Shown here piece after piece: positions 1-12,679 of a stretch of 64,000 nt of DNA (its first letter is position 1; each line of letters begins with the position of its first letter). The position numbers were made by a program, and so were the translations under genes. Source of the stretch: Macrostomum hystrix (taxonomy: Eukaryota; Animalia; Platyhelminthes); the NCBI GenBank assembly GCA_950097015.1, contig CATNEN010000039.1, forward strand, positions 1,674,001 to 1,738,000, given 5' to 3'. The notes under the pieces were generated by a model that was given only the letters and a program-made list of their open reading frames with translations, ran no database searches and was not told where the DNA came from.

Positions 1-575
1 ACCATCAATGACGCTCCAAAACCATCTCTGACGCTCCAAAACCATCCATGACGCTCCAAAACCATCTCTGACGCTCCAAAACCATCCATGACGCTCCAAA
101 ACCATCTCTGACGCTCCAAAACCCTCCATGACGCTCCAAAAGCATCCATGACGCTCCAAAACCCTCCATGACGTTCCAAAACCATCAATGACGCTCCAAA
201 ACCCTCCATGACGCTCCAAAAGCATCAATGACGCTCCAAAACCCTCCATTACGCTCCAAAACCATCTCTGACGCTCCAAAACCATCTCTGACGCTCCAAA
301 ACCCTCCATGACGCTAAAAAAACTCCATGACGCTCCAAAACCATCTCTGACGCTCCAAAACCATCTCTGACGCTCCAAAACCCTCCATGACGCTAAAAAA
401 ACTCCATGACGCTCCAAAACCATCCATGACGCTCCAAAACCATCAATGACGCTCCAAAACCCTCCATGACGTTCTAAAACCATCAATGACGCTCCAAAAC
501 CCTCCATGACGCTCCAAAAGCATCCATGACGCTCCAAAACCATCCATGACGCTCCAAAACTATCAATGACGCAAA
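1..575. repeat. 20-bp minisatellite (accatccatgacgctccaaa)n in an intron of ADAM-1
   Basis: Tandem copies with 20-bp period visible directly; the array runs off the window start. Confidence 0.95.
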
Positions 576-680
576 AAAATCAGATGCTACAGACAGGTTT
601 CTCACTCTCTAAGTTCGATTACAATCTCTGATGCTCCGGGACCGATCCTTGATACCTTCGCTTTTTTAATTCACCTGCAG

Positions 681-3600
681 CGCTACGTTCAGCTACAACG
701 GCGCAGTTTACGAGATCCTGAACGCCCCAGCCGACAGTGCGCATTTTGAGGCGCGCAAATTGCCCCCGGCACCGTTTAAGTTTAGTTGCGGCCTGCAACG
801 CGGGCACTCAGAAGAGGGTCACTCGGCCAGATTTCGCCGAGCAATCAGCGGCGGTGGCCTATTTGACCTGAACTCGCCAGTGGATGAGAGCCAGCAGACC
901 TACGTGCTGCTAGTGCTGGTTGGGGACCAGGCGTTTGTAAGTTTGAGATGACTGCTCTTAAATGCCTGTCAATGACCAGTTAGTAGAAGAGGATACGAGC
1001 TGATGTAAAAACACCTCGTAAAAAACTCGTAGCTGATGTAAAAACACCTATGAAACTAGCTGACTATCATGTTTCTCAGAAAAAATACTCCGAATCTACT
1101 CTTCAAGGTCAACGGAACCGGAGGTGACGTCATCGCTGCGACTGAGCGCCTCTGGGAGATTGGTAACTACATCAACAATGTGAGCGACTCCCCATGCTTT
1201 TTATCCCAAGCCATCAACTGTCCCTCTCAGTATGTTCACTAAACAATGTCCTTCAATTTCAGCTGTACAAGCCTCTGGGTGTCAATGTGGTGACGGTGCG
1301 AGCTCAAACCCTGTTCGGTGACCCGCTGAACCTGGGCAACAATGCCACCGGCAGCATCCCGGAGACTATGCTAATTAACTTCATGAACTACCGAATGCAG
1401 TTCATCACCGACGTTTTTCACACGGCTGCTCATCTAGTGTCGTGAGTTTCTTCGAGATGAGCGGAGTGATTTTGTGCTCAAAATTTACCCAAAATTCACG
1501 AAATAAAAAAATTTAATAGTATAAAATTGCAAATTATCGGATTAATTTAGAGGCCGGGTTTCTTAATTACATTAATTTACAATTTCAGAGGTCTGCGAAT
1601 GGTTGGGGCCAATGTTGGCCTGGCCAACTACGGAAAGCTCTGCCAGTTCGCTCTCGCTGGCGGTGTGAACACGGTCGGTCAGCTGTGGAATTCTAATTGA
1701 ATGGGACGAAATGGGCCAGGATTGGATCGGATTGGATGGGATGGGATGGGATGGGATGGGATGGGATGGGATGGGATGGGATGGGATGGGAGGGGATGAG
1801 ATAGGAAAGGATGGGATGGGATGGGATGGGATGGGATGAGATGGGATAGGATAGGAAAGGATGGGATGGGATGGGATGGGATGGGATGGGATGGGATGGG
1901 ATGGGATGGGATGGGATGGGATGGGCTGAAATGTGATCGGATTAGATGAGATGGGATGGGATAGGAAACGATTGGATGGGATGGTATGATTTGGGATGGG
2001 ATGGAATGGGGTATGATCCGATAGGATGAGATGGGGTAGGATGGGATGGGTGGGATGGGGTGTGATCGGATAGGATGGGATGGGGTGGGCTGGGATGGGA
2101 TCGGATGGAGGGGATAGGATGTGATCGGATGGGAGGGGATGAGATGTGATCGGATGGGATGCGATGGGACGGGATGGGATGGGATGGGAGGGGATGAGAT
2201 GTGATCGGATGGGATGGGATGGGATGGGATGGGATCGAATGGGATGGGATGAGATGTGAGCGGATGGGATGGGATCGAATGGGATGGGATGGGATGGGAT
2301 AGGATCGAATGGAGTCGGATGAGATGGGATGGGATGGGATGGGGAGAGAGGGGATGGGTCGGATTTCATGAGATTGGATCCTTGCAGCAAGCCGAACATC
2401 CCGATTTGCCAATCTAGGACTTGACAATGAGGGGCAGCGCCTTCAATGTGGCTGTTACCGTGGCTCACGAGCTCGGCCACAATCTGGGCATGGAGCATGA
2501 CCCCGACACGCAGTTCTCCTGCGGCTGCATGGATCCGCAGGGCTGCATCATGACAGCGGTGGGCACTGAGTGAGTTCAAACTGAGTCTGTTTCAGGCCCT
2601 GAATATCTGCATCTAGAGAGGCATGGCCTTATCAACAAGCCTGAAGTGCAAGTAGACTGCCTTCGCCATGCATTTCAGCATCAACCCGGTCCGATTCTCC
2701 AACTGTTCGATTCAAAAGTACAAGGAATTCTCCGTAGCCAACGGCCTGGGCTACTGCATGGTGCGGCCGCCAACGAAAGCTGCTCTGGCCGACGTGGCAC
2801 CGAAGTGCGGCAATCGAATCCTCGACGCTGGTGAAGAGTGCGACTGCGGCACGCCAAGTGTGAGCGTCATTTGAGACGTCTGTACTGTACCACTTATAGG
2901 CGTCCTTTTTTGAACCTGTCTCGTTTCACTTCGGAGCATCGTTCCTGGCGTGCGTCCTGTGCCACTTCTGGTCATTCTCTGTGACGTCCATCCAGTATCA
3001 TCTCTGTGACGTCCTTTGTATCCATCCTGTAAAACCGCGTCCGAATTGTGACCCTTGTGTGTCCTGTCGCCATGACCCTTCTGCATTTTCCTGGCATCCT
3101 CGTAGAATTTATTGTACAGAGCATGAATGCAGCGACTGTCTAGCAGGGCCCAACCGTTCTGTGACCCCTACTTAATTGGGGTCACAGAAAAATTAATTAC
3201 AGAAATTATTAATTCTCTGAATTAATAAAACCCAACCATCCACTCTAACTGAAGTACTGCAACAACACGTGCTGCAACCCATTCACCTGCAAATTCTCAC
3301 CTGGTGCTACCTGCGCATCTGGGCAATGCTGTAACACAACTACCTGCTCGCTGATGTCGCGAGGTTCTGTATGTCGAGCTGTGCGTGGAGTCTGCGACCT
3401 CCCAGAGTACTGCAATGGCACCAACGAGTGGTGCCCGGTAGTCGACGACTACAAAATGGATGGAACGCCATGCGCCCTTGATCCGACGAACGCTACGGTG
3501 AGTAGCTTGAACTCTGTACTCAAAAGCTAGCTATGGAAACGTTTATTTTATTATTCGAAAACTTAAACCAACAAAATCCTTGTAGAGAGTGCTAGCCTAT

Positions 3601-6600
3601 TGTCACCAGGCCACTTGCGTGACCCGCGACTCGCGATGTCAGGCGCTTTTCACGGCTCCAGACTCGCGTGCCGCACCTGCATCTTCCTCGGCGAAGACAA
3701 TGGACACCTCAGGCTTTGGCGAAGGCTACTGCAGCTACCGGCCAACTACTTACATCCCTCTAAAGTACAACTTTGAGCCTTGCACCAGCCAGTAAGTTCG
3801 TGAGAGCGGTAGCGCGTCTGACTCTCGCAAATAGGTTCTATCCGCTTATGCTAATATCAGCGACGAGGCCACAGTCACCTGAGGGTGCAGCTGTAGAGAG
3901 AAGCGCAGTACACTCAGCCTCCTCCACTAAATTAAGCCATTATCACACCGAAGTCCAATTGCCATTCCAATTCTCAATTGCCATTCCAACAGTGATATTC
4001 TCACGTGCCTCTAGAAAACTCGTGCTGCATATTTTTTTTATTTTTTTTCTTTTTCATATAGAAACCAACGCTGCGGAACTTTGTACTGCGTCGGCACAAT
4101 GCCTGACGGATTTGCCACGCCGAACTGGAAGGGCCTTGCCTTAGAGGACGCCAGAACCATTGTTCCGTCTGCTTCGGAACCAACGCTGGCCTACGCAAGA
4201 GTCGATTATCGACTTTCCGGCTATCGGGATCCGGGACTGGTGCCCGACGGGGCGGAGTGTGGTTCTGGGATGGTGAGCGTTTTGTGGTTGCTGCTGTCTG
4301 TTCTCTGCTACACTCCTTGTACTGGGTGTGTACGAGCGTATTCTTCTCTGATTTCTTCCGTTTGACTGTCTTATGTCCTCAGCAAAAACGTTAAACACGC
4401 AAACGCGCATATTTATTTATTAAATAACATTTCGAACTCTGTCTGATGACAAAAATGTGGGAGCATTGCTGCTGCTAGACACCTAAGCAAAGTGCTTTCT
4501 AAATAAAACGTTCGGTAGAGAATAGACGGTAAATACCACCTTATAAATCTCGTGTACCTGCACTTGAAAAACGATGGCAAAACCTTGAAAAATATTTTTT
4601 ACACTGAACTGAACGTCGAAGTCTTCAGACACGAGCACCATCCAGCCTTTCTGGGACTTAAAAAGCAAAGGATTTCGCAGGTAGCCACGAAAATGGACTA
4701 TAGTTGAAACAATTCAAAATAGAAACAGGTAAAGCACGAGCTGTGCCAGGAGATCGTCAACCAGCTGGTGATTGAGACGTCACTCTGTCTGCATGTCTGC
4801 ACACGACTGTATGCTCAAAGATCCTTCACGCGTTACTGAATCAAGTGCTTAACTTTTGTGCTTAACAGTGGCATCGCAAGCAGGAATGTCTGTACCCTTA
4901 CAACTGCCCCCACCGGAGCCTTTCGATATTCAGAAAGAGCCACACAATCTTTAGGCGCGTTGGGCAGAATGGTCCAGTCGATTCAGGTGTTTTGTGACGG
5001 CCAGCGACATAACAAATGCAAGCCAGCAGCGAGAAATTCTGCTGTATGTCGGAGGCAAGCAAATCTCCGAAGTATTTGCAGAGCTCGCAAGTCCGGGTGA
5101 GACGCTCGATTCGCTCCTAAACGCTTTCAAAACGCACTTTAACAGCCGGCATAATCCAGTCTTCGTGCGATACGAATTCCGGCACTGCACGCAGCAGCCA
5201 GGCGAGCCAATAAATTCATGGGTGCAGCGACTGTTCAAGGCGCCGCAGGCTGCTGCAGACGCCCAACATCGGACTGAAGGATGCACTTCAGCAAGCGAGT
5301 GCCTTTGAAGCTGCGGACCTCCAGTCTGCGACCAAGAAGCTCGGAAGTCCAACTCCGTAAATTTCGTCCGGCGAGCAGACAAGCCGGAACGACAAGAGCG
5401 CTCGAGCAACAAATGCATCCGCTGTTGAGAGCTAGGCCATCGAACTTGCGAGGCAGCCCGAGGGAAGACATGCCGCAGCTGCAACAGAGTCTGGCACCTA
5501 GCAAAGGCATGCCTTTCCAAGCCAGCGACCTAACGGAAGGTTCATGCCCTGACGGAGGAGCAGAAGGCGGAGACGCAAGCCAGCGATAGCAGCTGTGAGG
5601 TGTTCTGCCTCTCCCCACAGAGAAAAAGGCTGCCGCTCGTGAGAGCCGACGTAAACGGCAACTCCACTGACCTACTGATCGACAGTGGTGCAAGCTGCAA
5701 CTTGATGGATTCGAGAACATTCAAAACCATCGGAGGCTAAGCAGAACGACTCCAGGAGTCAATGCAGCGAATCTTCCCATTCGGCTCCAGCAAGCCCCTG
5801 ACCACCCTGGGTAAAGCCAGGCTACAGACTGTTGTCTACGACGTCATTGCCAACATCAGTTACATCATCGTTAAAGAGACGGGCATGACTATCATCGGCC
5901 GCAGAACCAGTGAGGAGCTCGGGATCCTTCGCATCGGACCAAGCCAGCCGCAGTTTGTCATCTGGAGAAGGCTAGAGAGCTGCCAGCGCCCCTGTCCGCC
6001 GCCGCAGCGGCAGCAGCGACCGAGACCAACGATAAGACGATGCCGGAGAGCGAGTGCCTCAGCAGCATCCTTAACGCCTTCAGCAGCCGATTTGAGGGCA
6101 TCGGCTGCGACAAGGACGTCGAAGTCAGCATCCACCTGCGGGAAGGCGCTGTGCCAGTGCACCTTAGGGAGGCAACGCAGACAGAAATCGATGAGCAACT
6201 GCAGGCCGACATCATCAAGAGAGTCAGCGGACCATCCGACTGGGTGGCGCTTATTGTGGTGGTGCTGAAATCACAGCCCGGACAAGTTCGCATCACCTAG
6301 GACCTGCGGGGCGCCAACAAATTCGTTTTGCCTAAGAAACTGCCTATTCCGACCTTCGAAGAGGTCATTGATGAAATGGCAGGCGCCCGCTACTTTTCTG
6401 AACTGGATATCAACAAGTCGTTGAACCAGATTAGAGTCAGTGAAGAATCACGGCACCTGCTGACATTCTCGACGCCGAAGGGCCTCGTGCGTCTGACACG
6501 CGTGTGTATGGGCTTCACGTCGTCGTCGGAAATCCTGCTTGCGACGCCACTGTAGAGTCTCAATTTAGTGGTGGACGAAGTCTTACACCCACGTTGTGAG

Positions 6601-8008
6601 GGAATCACAGCGTTCAACAAAGAACTCTCAGGAGGGAGTTTAGCTTTCGCTGAGTGTACTTTCTGTCTGCGCTTCGCCCAGTTTAATTCAACCACGAATC
6701 AGTTTTTTCTGTTTGACAGCTTGTAGCTGTCAATTCTCATGTGTGCTACTTTAAGTAGCCTGAATACAAGCGGTGCTATTTTCTCGCGCAGATGTGCGTC
6801 AACTCAGAGTGCGTCAGCGTGACACAGGTTCGGCTCAACGCAACTGAGCTGGCTGGGGTTGGCAGTCTGCCCAATTGCAGCGGTCGCGGTGACGTAACTC
6901 ACACCGGCCTGTGTTTCTGCAACTACGGCTTTCGGCCGCCCAACTGCATCGAGGCTGGTTATGGAGGCTCCATTACCAACCTGCCAGCTGAGTCGGGTGA
7001 GACAGAAAGCATTAAGCCGCATCGGAAAAATTTCGGCTTCTTTTTTAAGGCAAATCACCATTAGATACCCATTAGTGACACTCCATAGAGTGACATTCAC
7101 GAGCTACATTTTTAAATAAGCTAAAAAGAGGATTAAGAGTTTGACTCCTAAAAAAGGAGTCCTAGCTGTCTAAAATTCCTTTTCGCAAAATGTTAGTTAG
7201 CAAAGATATTTCAGTGTTAAGGTAAGAAACCCGCCTTGTCTCGATGCGCAGGTGTAATCACGACGTCTACCTCGACGACAACTAAACGGACAACGCCAAC
7301 AACGAGACTCGAGTTCACAACGCTTGGTAAGCAAACAATTACAGAATAACAAACCTGCACATTCGCCGTTTTACAATAGAAGTCTAATCTATGACCATTC
7401 GGCTACAAGCTCCCTTGTAATGAAGAACTAAGTAAAAGAGTATGTAAAAAATTCGTGAAGCTTCTTGAAGACCTTCAGGTACATCCAATAAGACGATTTT
7501 TAGCCGTGCACTTTCAAAATAACTGCAGTTCACCCCGTTGTTGCTCCCATATTGAATGATAGAACAAAAACGTGACGACTTCTGGATGTTCGTTGGAATC
7601 GGCATCGCCATCGGTATTGTCGTCATTCTAGCCGTTCTATTCTTTGTATGGCTCTACTTCTGGTGCCGCCGGAACGACACCGGGCCCTACATCGGCGGCA
7701 TGGACCTAGCTGTCACTGATACCAGCGCCGCTATCAAGTTTCGCAATTCAGGCGACCTTCGATCCTACCCGCTGGCAGAAACCTCGCCAGACCAGGTCGT
7801 GGTGTCAGCGGTGGGGTTCGCAAACGGCCAGGGTAAGCGGTCACACATTGAGCACCACTACGCAGCCAGTTCCTACTTTTCTTCTGGCAGCGGAGACCAG
7901 TTGGACTACTCGAACTACGGCTCAAACCAACCAGTTGGTGGCAGCGGCCGCAAGTATGAAGTGGAACTCGATGTCGGTGTGGATGGCTCATTTGTTAAAA
8001 AGGCCTGA
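681..8008 (+). CDS. ADAM metalloprotease-disintegrin, paralog 1 (5' exons lie upstream of the window)
   Basis: GT-AG exons read by hand: 681-936 (Cys switch SCG, furin RFRR), 1108-1179, 1263-1441, 1589-1673, 2418-2569 ([12 protein letters not shown], Met-turn CIM), 2679-2859 ([15 protein letters not shown]), 3255-3497 (disintegrin [14 protein letters not shown]), 3586-3791, 4062-4272 ([12 protein letters not shown]), 6792-6996 (EGF-like [17 protein letters not shown]), 7252-7326 (Thr-rich stalk), 7563-8008 ([30 protein letters not shown], tail, TGA). Phases are compatible. Confidence 0.93.
1700..2370. repeat. (GGATG)n-type purine-rich microsatellite in the intron before the catalytic exon of ADAM-1
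   Basis: Degenerate 5-bp repeats; source of the PIPSH ORFs. Confidence 0.95.
4900..6550 (+). mobile_element. Decayed Ty3/gypsy (Mag-like) retrotransposon fragment in an ADAM-1 intron
   Basis: Gag-like WAEW..RF..FVTAS..LLYVGG..RYEF; Zn knuckles CIRC*ELGH and [14 protein letters not shown] (~5414-5513); protease [10 protein letters not shown] (~5671-5700); RT start [30 protein letters not shown]. It has stops and frameshifts and is truncated before YxDD. No LTRs seen. Confidence 0.88.
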
Positions 8009-8929
8009 TCTATTTACCAATTGTCGAAGCATCTTGCCATGACTGAGTGGCGAACAACCAATCACATTTTGGCAAGCTGTCAGTTTCAAAATCGTTACTC
8101 ATTTCCGAAATATTGTATCGCATTAGGCCTCTCTTTTTCTTCCTGCGTCACTTGCCAAAAGTTAATTTCAAACTGAGTAATTCAGCCAATATTTTCGTTT
8201 GTTTAGAATCGTTTTTTAATAATATTTATCTTAGAGATTTCGGACGCGTCATTCGAAGAATTTCATTGTAACTGCCCGACGATGTTTTTCGGATCTTCTG
8301 CTACCTTGATTATTGATTAGTTAGTCACATAGTTAGAATAACAAAATATTGGGTTTCGATGCCTTTATTTAAAAGTTTTGGAGCAAGAAAAAAATTCAAC
8401 AAACAGTCAGTAACACAAAAATATTCTAGCAGATGGACTTGTTAATCGCGGTTTAATCGTACTCGTACGTTAACTTACAAGGAGTGCTTCACATCTGAAT
8501 GTCGAACTTTTGCTGTTGAAAAAAGCTCATGATTAAAAAATATTATTTTTTGGTGATTTGTTTACATTACTCCGATAACAGAAATTTCAGTATACAGATC
8601 TGTCTAAAAAGCGTTTGTCTCAATGTAGGTAGCTCACTAACGCACCACATCCCCTTGTCCATTCGCTTTAATTAGCCCCAACTGCCGACTGCACAGCGCC
8701 ACGTGTCAATATAGATGAGATTATTGCTAAGAAATGTGAAAAACTGATTTAAAGTGCCACAAATGAAATTTGTCATGCTCTATTTTACATCACTTCAAAT
8801 ATAGTTTTCTTCAAATATTGCTTATAAGGTCTTATAGGATAGCTGTATTGATACAGGCTACTAGTGATCCTTCAAAGCATAGTTATCCATCTTAGAGATA
8901 CCTAACAATGCCTGCTCAGACTGAGTAGA

Positions 8930-9920
8930 CATAGTATAGCTTTTTGCAAATGAATTCAGCCTATCTGCAAAACCTTTCAGCCAGCCAGGGCCAGCCCATT
9001 GAGTGGAAGCCAGAATTCCCCATAGACAACTGGCTCATCCCGCAGAACTTTTTGCAAATCAATTCAGCCTATCCGCAAAACCTTTCAGCCAGTCAACTTA
9101 ACGTTGTTTGTCGCAGTGGCAGTCCCTCATAGAACTCCAGTGAGAAAAGTTACGTAGGGTGCTTTCTGCCATAGACAACTTGCTTCTGCTACCCACAAAG
9201 CCGCAAAACCTTTCATCCAAACTCCATGAATAGAGTTCATCAATAGAGTTTATAACATGATTCGTGGTGCCTACAATCCCGTGTCGAACGAAGACAGGAC
9301 CAGGTTGGTATCAGCGTACGAAGAGGGACGCGATTGGGTTGGACTGGCTGATGTCCTTGGAGTGAAACGAAAAACGGCTAGGACTGTCATCTCCGTGTAC
9401 AATCGGGAAGGGCGCGTGGCAAAGCTACCTGCAGCTGGTGGACGGCCAAAGGTGATGCTACCACATCAGATGGAGTCTGTCAGGCAACTTCTGGAGACAA
9501 ATCCCACGGCAACTCTGGGACAGATGCGGACTCACCTGTTGCAACTCGGAGACGCAAACCCTGTCCCCCATGTGTCAACGCTAAGTCGAGCTCTGGATGG
9601 CGAACTCTTGACACTGAAGGTTGGACAACAGGCAACTTTCAACTGGAATGAGCCTGTGACGAAGGAAGCCAGGCTCGAATATGCCACATGGATGTTGGAT
9701 GAAGGTGTGAATAGGAACCTGATCTTCCTTGACGAATTTGGGTTCAACATTTGGACGGCTCGAACTCAAGGATGGGCCCCAAGAGGTCAACGTGCTGTGC
9801 GCATTGTGAATGGTCAGCGTGGAAAGAATCTGAGCCTCTGCCTTGCCATCTCGCCAGAGTGGGGGCTGGTTCACTCTGCGCTGGTTGAAGGTGGATTCCG
9901 GAATGAGCATTGTGCAAGCT
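8930..9920 (+). mobile_element. Truncated Tc1/mariner-IS630-type DNA transposon (transposase ORF from 9257)
   Basis: N-terminal HTH region (LADVLGVKRKTARTVI; HVSTLSRAL) and first catalytic Asp in LIFLDEFGF, followed by GWAPRGQRA. Similarity is lost near 9915, before the second D and the E. Subterminal direct repeats at ~8946, ~9054 and ~9201 (gcaaaacctttca). Confidence 0.8.
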
Positions 9921-10450
9921 CGTACATTAGTTCCCGAGTCCCTGAGGCGAGGCCACATTCATTTGGGGCGCAGCCACGGAGAGAATGTTGGGGCAACTTT
10001 ACTGTCTTTAGGGGCGCAGTCTGCTTAGGGAACTTTTATTCTGAGTAAAATCTCACGACCGTCTCCATTGTTCTTCGACCTGCACTGTGCACCTGAAGAA
10101 GTGATGCATTCTCAGGCACGTAATTGTCTTGAGCGTTTAACAGTGAAAAGATCACGCTGCTTCGCCAACCCCTACCAAAATATAGATTAGGTGCGAAAAC
10201 AAGATACATGTAGGTGTTAGAAAACCCCCAATGCAAGCAGCTGAAGCAAGAGGCAAATAAAATAGTTTTCAGTATTTTCCCCCAAAAAAACTAAACTTTT
10301 CTTTGAAGAAATCTAAAAATCATCGATGGCCTAGTTTCCACAGACCCTACATATTTTCTTGCGCCTACTTTGTCTGGCAAAACGGATATGGCTCAGCTGG
10401 TGGTCCTTTGAGCTGGAGCCAAAACAGTCGGAATATTTTGCGTGATTGTC

Positions 10451-10456
10451 TATAAA
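10451..10456 (+). promoter_or_regulatory. Candidate TATA box of the M13-like gene
   Basis: TATAAA 78 bp upstream of the signal-peptide ATG at 10529. Confidence 0.4.
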
Positions 10457-10528
10457 TGGAGCCAGACTTAAAATCCGCAGCGGCATTCATCAGAAAACTT
10501 TTACCAGCGCCTCATCGAAGATCCTCCG

Positions 10529-11650
10529 ATGCTGCTGTTACAGCTGGCTTTTCTGGCTGTCTCCGCTGCGCCCAACCTCAGCCCTTGCGACTCGGACGCT
10601 TGCGATGAGATCGGGGCCAACACGCTGCTCTGGATCAACAAGTCGGCCAACCCTTGCAGCGATTTCTATCAATACGCTTGCGGCGGCTTCAGCGGTTTGA
10701 ACGGCCGCGGAGGCCACTTCGCTGGGCTCACCTGCAACGGCGTCACCTGCCTGCAGACGGCATGCGTTTGGTCAATGCCCTCTTCGAGAAAATCAGCTCG
10801 GCCGCAGAGGCTTACGTGCTGAGCAAGCGGTCGCTGGGCTCCGTCAGTGAGCGCCGCCGCCTAGTACAGGAGCCGCGGGGACCCCCATCGATCGATCGGC
10901 TATGAGAAGCTCAGCGAGGCCTGCCTAGCCTAGATCTACTCCGAAGCTACGGACGAGCTGCAATTTTGCCGATCCCGCCGGGCCGCTGAAGCCAAGGCAC
11001 TCGGCATTGCTCTGGAATGCCAGGCTAGGCAGGAACTCGTGCACCTGGCCGCTCCCGCCGGCAGTGAGGGCAGGGCCAACCCGTTTCGCCAATTTCCAAC
11101 TTTCCTCGTAGACGCTGTGGCCTTTTCTTCCGGATCCGGCGAGAATGTCATTGTGCTGCCCTTGGCGATTCTGCAGCCACCGAAGTTCAACTCGGTGTAC
11201 CCGGCTTTCGGAGTCTTCGGCGATCTGGGATCGGTGATCGGCCACGAGCTCGGTCACGTCCTGACCTGGTGGACTTCGGGATGCGAATCCCTGAACGGTA
11301 CTGTGGAGGAGCTGCTGACAGACTCGATCGGAATGAACATCGCTCACCAGGCCTACAAACTGCAGCTGCGGGAGAACGGCACAGAGGATCGTGTTCCGGC
11401 CCCTCTAACCGGCATCAGCGCCGAGCAATTGTTCCTTGTTCGTGCCGCGCAAGGTCTATGCAGTTGGGGCTCTGAGGCCGCCACCCGAGCTGTGTTCAAC
11501 AAAAATGCAGTGCACCCAATCGGCAGCACCCGGGTCAACAGCATGATGCGTGGCTCGGAGGCCTTCGGCGAGGCCTTTAAATGCCCACCGGGGAGCCTCA
11601 TGCGACCCCGGGAGAAGCAGCGACTGGCTCCGGCCTGCCCTCTGGCCTGA
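10529..11650 (+). pseudogene. Intronless, shortened neprilysin (peptidase M13)-like gene with frameshifts and an in-frame stop
   Basis: Signal peptide MLLLQLAFLAVSAA; N-terminal NPCSDFYQYACGG motif; C-terminal NVIVLPLAILQPP, GSVIGHELGH (HExxH), ELLTD (ExxxD), EQLF, HP..RVN, FKCPPGSLM. Frame changes near 10750 and 10890 and TAG at 10931-10933. Confidence 0.8.
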
Positions 11651-12584
11651 GACCGCATCTGCTCTCTTTGGTGTGGCTGAAAGCTTTGTCAGTGAAGCAT
11701 TGCGAAGAAGGAACTTCATATTAGAAAATGATAAAAACCCACTGAACCCTGCAGCCCCTAAACTGGGCTTATCAAGAATCATAGATTATTGATTGTTGTT
11801 AGTGAAGCCAGAACATTTCATAATAATCAATGCCTTTTGCGGCTCTTATTACAAAAATCTGAACTTTAAAGTTCCTTCAGAACTTTTCGGAAGAAAAAAA
11901 TCTCAACTTTTCAAAGACGAAGTCCTAACGGCAGATTAATTTAGCAGCAGAGCAGCTTGGTCTGCATCAAATGTGGGTAAAACTGGGTCACTCCTATCCA
12001 CTATCTATGGAAGTTTTCGGGCTTCGAGGGTCTGGTATGAGCCGATCATGCAAGCCTTTGAAGGTCACGAGATCTGATTGGCTGAAAGCTGTCGCACAAA
12101 GGGCTTTCCGATTGTGCTAAAAATAGAACATGCAATGTTAGCTGTGTGTACAGCTAGGAAACGACTGAAATGGGAAAGTTATTGACGAAAGTTATAACAA
12201 ACTGACATTCCACCGCAATTTTCCTTAAAAACTGTTTCTTCGCTGTTGCTCGTAAATTTGGATTGTCTGGGGTGGGTGTCGTCACAAAAATTGCATGAAC
12301 AATTTCGGTCTACACTATTTGACTCATCAAGTTCGCATGCATTTCTTTGTACCCAGTCACTCCACATTGGTGCTTCTTAAATATTGTTTCTCCTTCAATG
12401 ACATCGCTCAGGTAAACAAGGTCCAGCTACCTGTGTGTCTATTATCATGTTTACTATGCCTGGTGGAGGGTCAGTCAGTACTAAGCTTAAACTAAGACGA
12501 TCTGTAGAAAGAAAGACAGAGAGGCGAGTCAGCTGCGAACCCTGGAATGGAAGAGCGAGTGAAAATGTCACCGGCAGTGTTCTG

Positions 12585-12592
12585 TATAAAAG
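12585..12592 (+). promoter_or_regulatory. Candidate TATA box of ADAM-2
   Basis: TATAAAAG 95 bp upstream of ATG 12680. Confidence 0.5.
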
Positions 12593-12679
12593 TAGGGGGC
12601 ATCGGGGCACCGCTGGCAAAAAACCAGCAGCTTAGAGAAAATATGACCAGTTCGTCTAGCTTTTTTGCTTTATTTAGAC

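Noticed and set aside
1572-2579. Pro/His-rich extensin-like ORFs
   Set aside because: Antisense translation of the (GGATG)n microsatellite and the ADAM catalytic exon.
7994-8008. C-terminal VKKA as an ER-retrieval signal
   Set aside because: The lysines are at -2 and -3, not the canonical -3/-4 or -3/-5 positions.
10931-10933. Programmed stop read-through or recoding in the M13-like gene
   Set aside because: It is accompanied by frameshifts with no slippery-site or read-through context; decay or sequencing error is simpler.
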